This document shows positions 18,748-27,500 of a stretch of 64,000 nucleotides of DNA, in pieces. The stretch is from a candidate division WOR-3 bacterium. Lineage in GTDB: Bacteria; Hydrothermota; Tepidihabitantia; Tepidihabitantales; Tepidihabitantaceae. The DNA lies in contig JAOABP010000005.1 in assembly GCA_026418295.1 (NCBI GenBank), positions 100,864 through 164,863 of the forward strand, in the 5' to 3' direction. Both the position numbers and the translations under genes were made by a program. Position 1 is the stretch's first letter, and each line of letters begins with the position of its first letter. The notes under the pieces were generated by a model. That model had not been told where the DNA came from and searched no databases. It worked only from the letters and a program-made list of their open reading frames with translations.

Positions 18748-20226
18748 GACCCGGCGCAGCGGCAGGGCTGCGGTTTTAAGGAAGTAGATGCCGGAAGATA
18801 GGTGGGCAAGCCGGTTCGGACCGGGGTGGATTTCCGCTACTTTCCTTCCGGTCCGGTCCAGAAGCAGACCGTAATCAGGGGCGGTAATCACAGGCAGGTG
18901 ATAGACTGAAGTCTGGAGGCTGGTGCCCGGCTTGCGCTCCGGGCGGTCCGCAACCGCGGTGAGAAACCGGGGTTTAAGCATGCCATCGCCCACAAGGCAC
19001 ATCCCATAAAACCAGGAGCGTTCCCAGGGTTCAAAACCGTCCTGTGCCTGAGAGGTGAACCAATCCCGGAATGCGAGTGCCAGCGGTTCACCAGTGGCAA
19101 GGGGGAGATAGAAGTCCTGAAACTCAAGCATGGAGCCGGTTTTGGTGGAGCCGATCGCCGCCAGCCCGGATGATGACTGAAACACATACCTGCCACCGCA
19201 ATACCCGGGTTCAACAAACCGGACATTGGAGCAGGCAAACAGGTTGTAAAAGCAGGCTTCGGGATTAATGCGCGGGATGGACTCGCCATAGAACCAGTCC
19301 CAGCTCTGGCTGTGGTTGTATTTCATCGCATGGCCTCCGGGCCAGGAATGGGCACACAGCTGAATCCACTGATAGGCGGCGGTATCGATCCGGGGTTTGT
19401 AGTCCCGGACCCGGGTCTGCTCCGAATCGGCGACAAACACCCGCTCCGGATACAGGAGGCCGACATGTGAGTTCCATTCCCCTGCCCAGGGTGTCCAGTC
19501 GTCATCAATGTAAGTGAGCGCCCGGTCCCGGACTTGGAGCCTGCCGGTGCGGTAGGCGTGGAGACGGGCAAGATACTGCTGAATCAGACTGATATTCGGG
19601 CTGATGGTTGAGGTGTAAATCCGGGCGATGCCGATCTCCGGCTCAACTGTGCCGTAATGGGTGTCATAGATGCGGTCCGAACCGTGAATAAGCGAGTCCA
19701 GCGTATCCAGCCGGACAAGGGTATCCAGCCAGACTCCATCAAGATCCATCAGAAAGAGATCACAGGGAAACTCCTCATAATGCTCATCCGGGTCCCTTCT
19801 GCCGTTGCTGTTCCAGTCGTCAATCAATTGAAACCAGGGGACTGGCAGGTTGCCGATCAGAACGGCGGCGCTCAGGCTGGAGTCCTGGTATTCACGCCAG
19901 AGAAAGGTACGTAGTGACTCCGGGCTGGTGCCGGTGATGGCGAAGGCGGCAACCGAGTAGCCTTCACCGGTTAGGTCCGCATAGAGGGTGTCAAGCCACG
20001 GGTTCAGGGCACTTACGAGCGAGTCCTGAATCAGGATGTCAACCCGCGGGTCAAACCGGCTGCCGGCACCGGCAAACGGCTCGACCTGCCACCGGCTGGT
20101 CAGGGGCTGGCGGGCAACGAACTCCTGATAGCTGAGCGGTCTTGAGGAGTCCGGACCCAGCCAGCGCAGGACCGTAACCTCAGGGGGGACGGTCAGGATA
20201 AGCAGGGCGGGGATCAGAATGTCCAT
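18733..20226 (-). CDS. Peptidase C25 (gingipain-like cysteine peptidase) family protein with a T9SS-type C-terminal sorting domain
   Basis: Motifs HSWPGGHAM and NLFACSN are consistent with the C25 His/Cys dyad region. N-terminal signal peptide. C-terminus SSGIYFLKTAALPLRRVLLLR. Convergent with, and overlapping by 15 nt, the 3' end of the upstream cargo gene. Confidence 0.65.
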   Translation of the reverse strand: MDILIPALLILTVPPEVTVLRWLGPDSSRPLSYQEFVARQPLTSRWQVEPFAGAGSRFDPRVDILIQDSLVSALNPWLDTLYADLTGEGYSVAAFAITGTSPESLRTFLWREYQDSSLSAAVLIGNLPVPWFQLIDDWNSNGRRDPDEHYEEFPCDLFLMDLDGVWLDTLVRLDTLDSLIHGSDRIYDTHYGTVEPEIGIARIYTSTISPNISLIQQYLARLHAYRTGRLQVRDRALTYIDDDWTPWAGEWNSHVGLLYPERVFVADSEQTRVRDYKPRIDTAAYQWIQLCAHSWPGGHAMKYNHSQSWDWFYGESIPRINPEACFYNLFACSNVRFVEPGYCGGRYVFQSSSGLAAIGSTKTGSMLEFQDFYLPLATGEPLALAFRDWFTSQAQDGFEPWERSWFYGMCLVGDGMLKPRFLTAVADRPERKPGTSLQTSVYHLPVITAPDYGLLLDRTGRKVAEIHPGPNRLAHLSSGIYFLKTAALPLRRVLLLR

Positions 20227-20505
20227 AACTGATTATAATCATCAGCTCAGAGCAGTCAAAGCGGGTTGTGCGGTTGCCTAACATTCATCTCGTTCGAAAA
20301 CAGTTTTTTCTTTTTTGCGGAATGAACCAGGCGATTTCTCCACTCCGGTCGAAATTACTTTGTTCCCTTTTTGTCATTCCGAACGAGGCGTAACCCGAGC
20401 CGATGAACCCCTTGCATAATGTAGAGCACAGAATGAAGTGAGGGGTTTTCTCCACTGCGCTCCGCCTTAAGCTCCGCTCAGGTCAAAATGACGGGAAGGG
20501 AGGTT

Positions 20506-22287
20506 TTATTCCGGGCGGAGTTGTTGTCGCTTTAATTGCTCACACCGCTGTGCGTCGCCAGCAGTACAAAAGTCAGTCTTTTGTGTCTTGCCTTCACGCT
20601 TCAGCTGTTCCCTGCAGCCGGCCAGAAATTCATCATTAAGCACTCTGCCTGTCAGTGAGCCGGTCTTATGCTGTTCTACCGGCATCAGTTGGCGAATCAG
20701 CTCAGCGGAGATATCCTGACGTTCACCGGTTACCAGCCAGTAAACTTTGGTTCCGGGTCTGCCGGCGATTACAAACCGGTTGTCGGTAATGTCTTCAATG
20801 ACATACACTTCATAGCTGCCGACGCCGGTAAGCTGGATGTGCGGGTTGCGGTTGAGGGCGGAAAAGTAATCCGGGAGTCGGACTTCGGCCTTGCCCGAGG
20901 AATCGAGAATTACACTCCCTTCATAGATGTTTCTCATCTCCGGTCCCCCGATTGAGTAATGATTGAGAATTTTACCACATGGGTCGAGGGGATGATCAAT
21001 TGTGATTGCACCACCAGTCTGAGACAATATGCCGCATCTCAATTGACCGGAGGCAGTTGCAGTTTGACCGTTGAAGGCGGCGGAGTTGGAAAATCCAGCG
21101 GGAACGACTGAGTGATAGCCGGCAGCAAAGCTGTGGTCACCGGCAGCGGTGTCATTTTCTCCCCCGGCAACTGCTGCACCCGGGCCGCTGGCAAGGTTAA
21201 GTTCGCCCCCAGCAATCGTGGCACCGCGTCCACTGGCAGTATTGCCACGTCCACCCGCTACGGTCGCTCCGCTGGCAGCCGCCAGATTCCCCGAACCTCC
21301 CCCTATGGCAGTACAGTTGTCGCTGGCTACGTTGTCAATACCACCGGCTACCGCGGCACAATAACCTCTGGCGATATTGTATTTACCACCGGCAACAGTT
21401 GCATTAGTGCCGGAGGCGGTATTTGCTCTGCCTCCAGCGACAGTAGCACGGCTGGAACTGGCAGTATTTCCTGAACCGCCTCCGACCACAGCATAGGTGC
21501 CGCTTGCGGTATTAGTGTCCCCGCCAGCAACAGTAGCATAGTCAGCTATGGCGTCGTTGCTGTACCCCCCGCCGACAAAAGCTCCATTTCCGACCGCCCT
21601 GTTGCCGAAGCCGGCAGCAACTCCGCAATAGGTGTAATCCCGGTCCGGGGCGCCGGTGGTGCAGGCAACCCCGAAGTTGACATGAGTGCAGCGCTCGTTG
21701 CCATGAAGCATATTATCCGCCCTGCCTCGTGTCAGCCCCAGAAAGTTAACCGTAGATAGTACTGAATCCGGTTCACCTCTTACCCATGTTTTTGGGATCT
21801 CCAGACTGGTGCTCAGTGCGTAATTTGCGGTGTCAGCCCGGTTGGCAGTAAAGGCATAGGCAGCGGAAACAATCCTTAACCTAGGTGTAAGTTCTGCGCA
21901 CGTGCCAACCTGCACGCTGAGGTAAAGATTTCCGTCATCAGGGACTTCATTGAGTGGAGTTACCAATCCCAACAGAGTGGAAAAAATTCCACCTTGGACT
22001 TCCAAGTTCCGGGTTTCAGACCAGAATGGATTTCCTCCGGTTTCCTGGGTATAAAGTCTAAAAGTCAGCTGATAGGTGCCATCCGGTACCGGATGGCCGA
22101 GTGAATCGGTTAATCTGCCTTGATAGGACAGCAGCTTCGGAATGACGATGGGCTCGGGGGCGGCAGTTATCGAACAGGCGTTAGACGCCCGGGAATTGTG
22201 AAAAGCAGGCAGAATCACCGCATTCTGGTCCGGCAGGACAACAGTGCTTAAAAGAATAACTGCCAGCAGTACAGTTCTGAGGTTCAC
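20506..22287 (-). CDS. Secreted beta-helical repeat protein (ATVAGG-x2-N-x-ASG repeats) with a phage-tail-fibre-like C-terminal domain
   Basis: Signal peptide. About 12 tandem 14-15-aa repeats of type (A/T)TVAGGxxNTASGxx. C-terminal roughly 170 aa lack repeats. Lower GC than its surroundings. 593 aa. Confidence 0.6.
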   Translation of the reverse strand: MNLRTVLLAVILLSTVVLPDQNAVILPAFHNSRASNACSITAAPEPIVIPKLLSYQGRLTDSLGHPVPDGTYQLTFRLYTQETGGNPFWSETRNLEVQGGIFSTLLGLVTPLNEVPDDGNLYLSVQVGTCAELTPRLRIVSAAYAFTANRADTANYALSTSLEIPKTWVRGEPDSVLSTVNFLGLTRGRADNMLHGNERCTHVNFGVACTTGAPDRDYTYCGVAAGFGNRAVGNGAFVGGGYSNDAIADYATVAGGDTNTASGTYAVVGGGSGNTASSSRATVAGGRANTASGTNATVAGGKYNIARGYCAAVAGGIDNVASDNCTAIGGGSGNLAAASGATVAGGRGNTASGRGATIAGGELNLASGPGAAVAGGENDTAAGDHSFAAGYHSVVPAGFSNSAAFNGQTATASGQLRCGILSQTGGAITIDHPLDPCGKILNHYSIGGPEMRNIYEGSVILDSSGKAEVRLPDYFSALNRNPHIQLTGVGSYEVYVIEDITDNRFVIAGRPGTKVYWLVTGERQDISAELIRQLMPVEQHKTGSLTGRVLNDEFLAGCREQLKREGKTQKTDFCTAGDAQRCEQLKRQQLRPE

Positions 22288-22656
22288 TTATGCCTCCAGT
22301 TTAAAATATGATCAAATTTTTCCCGGTTGAATGAATTTTATTTCGGACATCTTGATAATAAATAATACTGGCAGGTGATTTGTCTGTCAAAGTATTTCAT
22401 ATCCCTATATTTTTAGAGTCATAAATCGGACAGAATTTCACATCGGAAAACGGCTGGCATATAGCATTTTCTCCTAACTTCCGGAATGACAAGTGGTTGC
22501 CAATCTGTCTTCGCTCTGAGGCTGGATTTTGGGGGTAGGTCCCGGGGTCATCCCTTTTCCGGGGCGGGGTTTGAGTTTGCCGCCCGGTCCGGTTTCGAGT
22601 TGGGGTACGCACCATGGTATTAGTGGATTTACTCCGTTTCCGGATTATAATTGGGC

Positions 22657-24822
22657 ATGCGCCGGGTTGTATTCGGGCTTTTGTTTGCCGGCTGGGTGCT
22701 GGCTGAGCCGGTGCGTATCGGTCTGGCGCTTTCCGGTGGTGCTGCCCTGGGGCTTGCCCATGTCGGTGTCCTGAAGGTGCTGGAGCGTGAGGGGCTGGAA
22801 TTTGTCGGAATCTCGGGAAACAGCATGGGTTCGCTCGTGGGCGGTGTTTATGCTGCCGGTTACAGCGCCGCTCAGATTGAAAGTATTGCACTGAGCGTTG
22901 ACTGGAACCGGCTTTTCTCCTCGCAGCCCGCCTATGGTGCCCAGTATCTGCAGGAGAAGCAGCAGGCAGAAAGGTATATCCTGCGCCTGCGGCATAACCG
23001 GTTTCTGCCTTATCTGCCGGGCGGGCTGATTCCGCTGCAGAATGTTGAGCTTCTGCTTAACCGGCTCTTGGCTGAGGTCGAGTTTAATACCGGATACGAT
23101 TTTGACCGGCTGCCGGTGCCCTACCGGGCGGTGGCGGTTGACATCCGGGCAGGCAGGAAGGTGGTGTTGAGGTCGGGTCGGCTGGAGCAGGCGATCCGGG
23201 CAAGCATTGCCATTCCCGGGGTTTTTTCGCCTGAGGTGATCGAGGGCCGGGAGCTGGTGGATGGCGGGGTGCTGGATTATCTGCCTGTGACCGCACTGGA
23301 GGATTTTCAGCCCGATTTTGTGATTGCGGTTTTGACGATGCGGCACCAGGAGTCCCCAAACCAGAGTCTGCTGGATATCGCCTCCCGCAGTATTGATCTG
23401 ATGAGCATCGCCAATGTTGAGCGTGCAAAGGAGCAGGCGGATGTGGTCATTGAGCCTGATGTGTCAAGATTTCTTCACTCCGATTTTGCCCGCGCCCGGG
23501 AACTGATTGCTGCCGGGGAGTCGGCAGCGATGCGGGCACTGCCGGTGATCCGGGAGAGGCTCAGGGGCAGGGTGCCGGTGCGGAGCAGAAACCGGATTGA
23601 ACCCCGGTCTGTGCCGGTGGTGCGGCGGGTGGTCTTTGAAGGTCTGAAGCGGACCCGGCGCTCGCTGCTTCTGCCCTATCTGCGCACCCGGGAGGGTGCA
23701 AGGTTGAATTTCGGCCTGCTCCTCGGGGACGTGGAGCGGCTGTTTAATACCGGGCTGTTTGAGGATGTGAATTTCCGGCTGACAGAGGTGACCGCGGAGA
23801 GTGCGGATGTGATCTTTGAGGTTAATGAGCGGCCGTTCGGTTTCTATGCGTTCGGGGTGCGGTATGACAATTATGACAATGTGGTGGTCGGGGCTGAGGT
23901 TGGGGAGGAAAATATTTTGGGTTCGGGCGCAACCGTCCGGGCCGGCGGGGTCGTCGGTAACCCGAATGAGTTCCGACTGGGAATTACGGGCACACGGATT
24001 TTTCAGCTGCCGTTCGGATACCGGATTGACGGTTATATCAGTTCGCTGAACCGGAGTCTGTGGGAGCAGGGCAGGTTCGGTTCCAGTTACTTTGTCCGGG
24101 TGCGGGGGGCAGTGGTGGAGGCGGGTTACAGCACGGGGAGAAATGGTTTTTTCAACTTTGGCGCCCGGGTGGAGCGGATCGGTTATGAGGGTACAGCAGT
24201 GGAGACGCTGGCCGCTGGCTGGCTTGCCGGTCTGCGGGCAAATCTGGAGTTCAATACATTTGACCGGCTGGAGTTGTCCGGCAGAGGACTGGGATACCGG
24301 TTGAGCGGGTTTTATTCCAGCCAAAAGGTACTGAGCCGGTTTGAGTTTCTGAAGACGGAGTTTTCGGGCGAGCAGGTGGTGCCGCTGCTTGACCGCTGGG
24401 CACTGCGCTGGTGGACCGATATCGGGCTGGTGCTGGGCAGACTGCCGTTCAGCGAGCAGTTCCTTTCCGGGGGTGAACGGTTTACCGGTTTTGCACCCGA
24501 GGAGTTTGTGAGTGAACAGCGGGTGATCGCCGGTTCGGCACTGCGGTGGCGGGTGCTGAATCTGCTGAACCGGGATGATTATCCGGTATATCTTGAGGCG
24601 AACGTTAATGCCGGAACCTTTACCCGGCCTGATTCGCTGCTAGTGAGCGACCGGATTGGGGAGCAGTTACACTGGGGCGCGGGTTTTGGTTTGATGACGA
24701 ATACACCGGCAGGACCGCTGAAACTGATTATCGGGCTGGGCAATTTTTTCAAGCGGACGCCCCATCCGGGTGGCGTGCGGATTTACCTTTCTCTCGGTAG
24801 AGAGTTCCGATATCGGCGCTGA
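22657..24822 (+). CDS. Patatin-like phospholipase fused to POTRA plus Omp85-type beta-barrel (PlpD-like, type Vd secretion architecture)
   Basis: Patatin oxyanion-hole and nucleophile motifs (LALSGGAALG, GNSMG, DGG). The C-terminal 400 aa resemble the bacterial surface antigen (BamA/TpsB) barrel and end in an aromatic-rich segment. ATG at 22657 is preferred over the TTG at 22651. Confidence 0.8.
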   Translation: MRRVVFGLLFAGWVLAEPVRIGLALSGGAALGLAHVGVLKVLEREGLEFVGISGNSMGSLVGGVYAAGYSAAQIESIALSVDWNRLFSSQPAYGAQYLQEKQQAERYILRLRHNRFLPYLPGGLIPLQNVELLLNRLLAEVEFNTGYDFDRLPVPYRAVAVDIRAGRKVVLRSGRLEQAIRASIAIPGVFSPEVIEGRELVDGGVLDYLPVTALEDFQPDFVIAVLTMRHQESPNQSLLDIASRSIDLMSIANVERAKEQADVVIEPDVSRFLHSDFARARELIAAGESAAMRALPVIRERLRGRVPVRSRNRIEPRSVPVVRRVVFEGLKRTRRSLLLPYLRTREGARLNFGLLLGDVERLFNTGLFEDVNFRLTEVTAESADVIFEVNERPFGFYAFGVRYDNYDNVVVGAEVGEENILGSGATVRAGGVVGNPNEFRLGITGTRIFQLPFGYRIDGYISSLNRSLWEQGRFGSSYFVRVRGAVVEAGYSTGRNGFFNFGARVERIGYEGTAVETLAAGWLAGLRANLEFNTFDRLELSGRGLGYRLSGFYSSQKVLSRFEFLKTEFSGEQVVPLLDRWALRWWTDIGLVLGRLPFSEQFLSGGERFTGFAPEEFVSEQRVIAGSALRWRVLNLLNRDDYPVYLEANVNAGTFTRPDSLLVSDRIGEQLHWGAGFGLMTNTPAGPLKLIIGLGNFFKRTPHPGGVRIYLSLGREFRYRR

Positions 24823-24833
24823 GCCGGAGTGTT

Positions 24834-25511
24834 TCAGTCGCGACTGCCCGGACAGGCGCGGACGCAGAGTCCGCAGATAAACTGATGGACAAAGTGCTGG
24901 CACTGAAACTCCCTGAGTTTTTCAAAGCATGCCTGATGGTCAAAATCTTCCGGTTTTTCCCGGATTGCACCGGCTGGACAGACGGAGATGCAGTTGCGGC
25001 ATTCACCGCAGTTCCGGTTGAGCGGTGTGCCCGGCTCCAGTTCCAGATCGGTGAGGATGGTGACGAGCCGGACCTGAGCGCCGTATTCCGGAGTGACGAG
25101 CAGGTTGTTTCTGCCCAGCCAGCCGAGCCCGGCTTCAATTGCAATCCGCTTGTGGGAGAGGTGTGCCCGCTGGTTCTGCCAGTCAACAATCTGGGAGGCG
25201 GGGACGGGCAGGGCGCGGTAGTCGTTGTGCTGAAGCCAGATGGTGATGTCAAGGGCAATCCGATCCAGGGTGAAGTTGACCTGCCGGTAGTGGTGTTCGT
25301 AAAGCAGATCCGGATGATCGGGCAGGGCGTCAAGGATTTCCCGGGCGAGCCGGACCGCCAGTGTAATTGCATAGGGGAGCCGGTCAAGTGTGTTTCTGGG
25401 CAGGATGAAGTCGTCAGTTCTGATTTTACGCAGGTCAGCAACGCCAATCAGCGCCGCACCCCGGGTGCGGGCAAGTGATTCCAGTTCGGTGCGCAGGCGG
25501 ATCAGGCTCAT
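24834..25511 (-). CDS. Short QueG-like 4Fe-4S protein (epoxyqueuosine reductase-related; lacks the usual C-terminal extension)
   Basis: GLGWLGRNNLLVTPEYGAQVRLVTILTDLEL … CGECRNCISVCPAGAI matches the QueG core and its ferredoxin motif. A second Cys cluster, CGLCVRACP, is also present. Only 225 aa. Confidence 0.5.
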   Translation of the reverse strand: MSLIRLRTELESLARTRGAALIGVADLRKIRTDDFILPRNTLDRLPYAITLAVRLAREILDALPDHPDLLYEHHYRQVNFTLDRIALDITIWLQHNDYRALPVPASQIVDWQNQRAHLSHKRIAIEAGLGWLGRNNLLVTPEYGAQVRLVTILTDLELEPGTPLNRNCGECRNCISVCPAGAIREKPEDFDHQACFEKLREFQCQHFVHQFICGLCVRACPGSRD

Positions 25512-27403
25512 TCGGGTTCCGTAACGATTATATCCGGTGCCGGTTTTTTATCAAGATATACCGTAAGGGCAAAGATGGCTGCCGGCGTTATTCCCGGAAT
25601 CCGCTGTGCCTGACCGACCGATGCGGGCCGGATACGGGTCAGTTTCTCACGGACTTCAGTGGACAGACCGGGGACCTGATAGTAATCGATGCCCGCAGGA
25701 ATCCTAAGTTCCTCAAGTTCCTGAAAGCGGGCGACCTGCCTTTTTGTCCTTTCAATATAGCCTTCATATTTAACCTCAACCTCAATCAGTTCCTGAACCG
25801 GCAGGGGCAGCTGGGGCGCAGATTCGGTCAGCCGGCACAAAGTCTGCCAGTTAATTTCCGGCCGGCGCAGCAGTTCGAGGGCTGAAGCCGGTTCCTGAAG
25901 GGGAGTGGTTTTGAGCTCCTTAAGGATCCGGTTAACCCGGTCTGAAGGTCTGATCCGGCAGGTGCGCAGCCATTGCATACCTTTCTGGAACTGCTGATTT
26001 TTTTCCTCAATCTTGCGGAAGCGCTCCGGACTGAGCAGACCCAGCTCATATCCTCTTGGTCCGAGCCGTAGGTCGGCGTTGTCTTCGCGCAGGAGAAGCC
26101 TAAACTCAACGCGGGCGGTGAACATCCGGTAGGGCTCATCAGTTCCCTTGGTGACCAAGTCGTCAATCAGGACTCCAATATAGGCATCAGCCCGTGAGAG
26201 AATAAAAGGCGGTCTGCCTTTGACCTTCAATGCCGCATTGATGCCGGCAACCAGTCCCTGAACCGCTGCCTCCTCGTAACCGGTGGTGCCGTTAATCTGC
26301 CCGGCAAAGAAGAGGTTCCGGATCAGCCGGGTCTCAAGGGTGGGATGGAGCTGGGTCGGGTCGGCATAGTCGTGTTCAATTGCATAGCCGGGCCGGAGCA
26401 TCCGGCATTCCTCCAGACCGGGGATGGAGTGGAGCATCCTTTCCTGAATTTCCACCGGCAGTGAGGTGGAAATGCCGTTGGGATAGCATTCGATCGTGTC
26501 GGTCCCTTCGGGTTCAATGAAGATGTGGTGGCGCTCCCGTTCAGCAAATTTGACCACCTTGTCCTCAATTGACGGGCAGTAACGGACACCCCGGCCCTTG
26601 ATCACGCCGGTGTAGAGCGGGGAGTATTTCAGTCCTTTCCGGACAATTTCATGGGTTTTGGGAGTGGTATAAGTGAGATGGCAGACCGCCCGGTTCCGGG
26701 GTGTCTGTTCGGTCCAGAAGGAGAACGGACGGGGTGGCTCGTCACCCTCCTGCTTCTGGAGGGCATCAAGCCTGACTGTGCGGATGTCAATGCGGGGCGG
26801 GGTGCCGGTTTTGAATCTGCCGATCCGGAAGCCCAGTTCTTGCAGGTTCCGGCTCAGAAGGTTTGATGGTGCCTCGCCCAGTCTGCCGGCGGGAAAGCTG
26901 ACCAGTCCGATGTGGACCAGCCCGGAGAGAAATGTCCCGGGCGCAAGGATTATCGTTCGGGCGTAGAACTTCTCCCCAGTTTCGGTCTCGACGCCGACCG
27001 CTGTTTTTCCCCGGGTGATTACCCGGGCGCAACTTCCCTGACGGAGGAAAAGGTTTCCGGTTTTTTCCAGAATTGAGCGCATCAGCTGACGGTAGTGCTG
27101 ACGGTCAACCTGAACCCGGGAGGAGCGGACCGCCCGGCCTGAGCTGGTATTCAACTGGCGGAAGTGGATGCCGGCAAGGTCGGTAACCTGTGCCATCTGC
27201 CCGCCCAGCGCATCCAGCTCCCGGACGAGCTGGCCCTTGCCGATACCGCCAACCGCGGGATTGCAGGACATCAGAGCAATGGTGTCCAGGTTCTGAGTTA
27301 AAAGCAGCGTTCTTGTGCCCAGCCGGGCACTAACCAGTGCCGCTTCACATCCCGCATGACCGGCACCGACCACAATGACATCAAATTTTTCTGCCGGCAT
27401 CAC
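25508..27403 (-). CDS. mnmG: tRNA uridine-5-carboxymethylaminomethyl modification enzyme MnmG (GidA)
   Basis: FAD-binding DVIVVGAGHAGCEAA and the full-length GidA architecture. 631 aa. Confidence 0.95.
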   Translation of the reverse strand: MMPAEKFDVIVVGAGHAGCEAALVSARLGTRTLLLTQNLDTIALMSCNPAVGGIGKGQLVRELDALGGQMAQVTDLAGIHFRQLNTSSGRAVRSSRVQVDRQHYRQLMRSILEKTGNLFLRQGSCARVITRGKTAVGVETETGEKFYARTIILAPGTFLSGLVHIGLVSFPAGRLGEAPSNLLSRNLQELGFRIGRFKTGTPPRIDIRTVRLDALQKQEGDEPPRPFSFWTEQTPRNRAVCHLTYTTPKTHEIVRKGLKYSPLYTGVIKGRGVRYCPSIEDKVVKFAERERHHIFIEPEGTDTIECYPNGISTSLPVEIQERMLHSIPGLEECRMLRPGYAIEHDYADPTQLHPTLETRLIRNLFFAGQINGTTGYEEAAVQGLVAGINAALKVKGRPPFILSRADAYIGVLIDDLVTKGTDEPYRMFTARVEFRLLLREDNADLRLGPRGYELGLLSPERFRKIEEKNQQFQKGMQWLRTCRIRPSDRVNRILKELKTTPLQEPASALELLRRPEINWQTLCRLTESAPQLPLPVQELIEVEVKYEGYIERTKRQVARFQELEELRIPAGIDYYQVPGLSTEVREKLTRIRPASVGQAQRIPGITPAAIFALTVYLDKKPAPDIIVTEPE

Positions 27404-27463
27404 AGCTGATTTTAGTTTCTCCTGAGAGAAATGTCAATCAGCCGCCCTGGGTGATATTCAGAT

Positions 27464-27491
27464 TTGACACCAATCGGGTTCAGGTTAAAAT
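27464..27491 (+). promoter_or_regulatory. Sigma70-like promoter TTGACA-16-TAAAAT ending 9 nt before the ATG of the first outer-membrane protein gene
   Basis: TTGACA at 27464-27469, TAAAAT at 27486-27491, ATG at 27501. Confidence 0.4.
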
Positions 27492-27500
27492 CGTGTAACC

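Noticed and set aside
22397-22891. 164-aa minus-strand ORF spanning the patatin gene start and its upstream leader
   Set aside because: It overlaps the well-supported patatin N-terminus in antisense and runs through an intergenic AT-rich region. The sequence is low-complexity Pro/Arg-rich.
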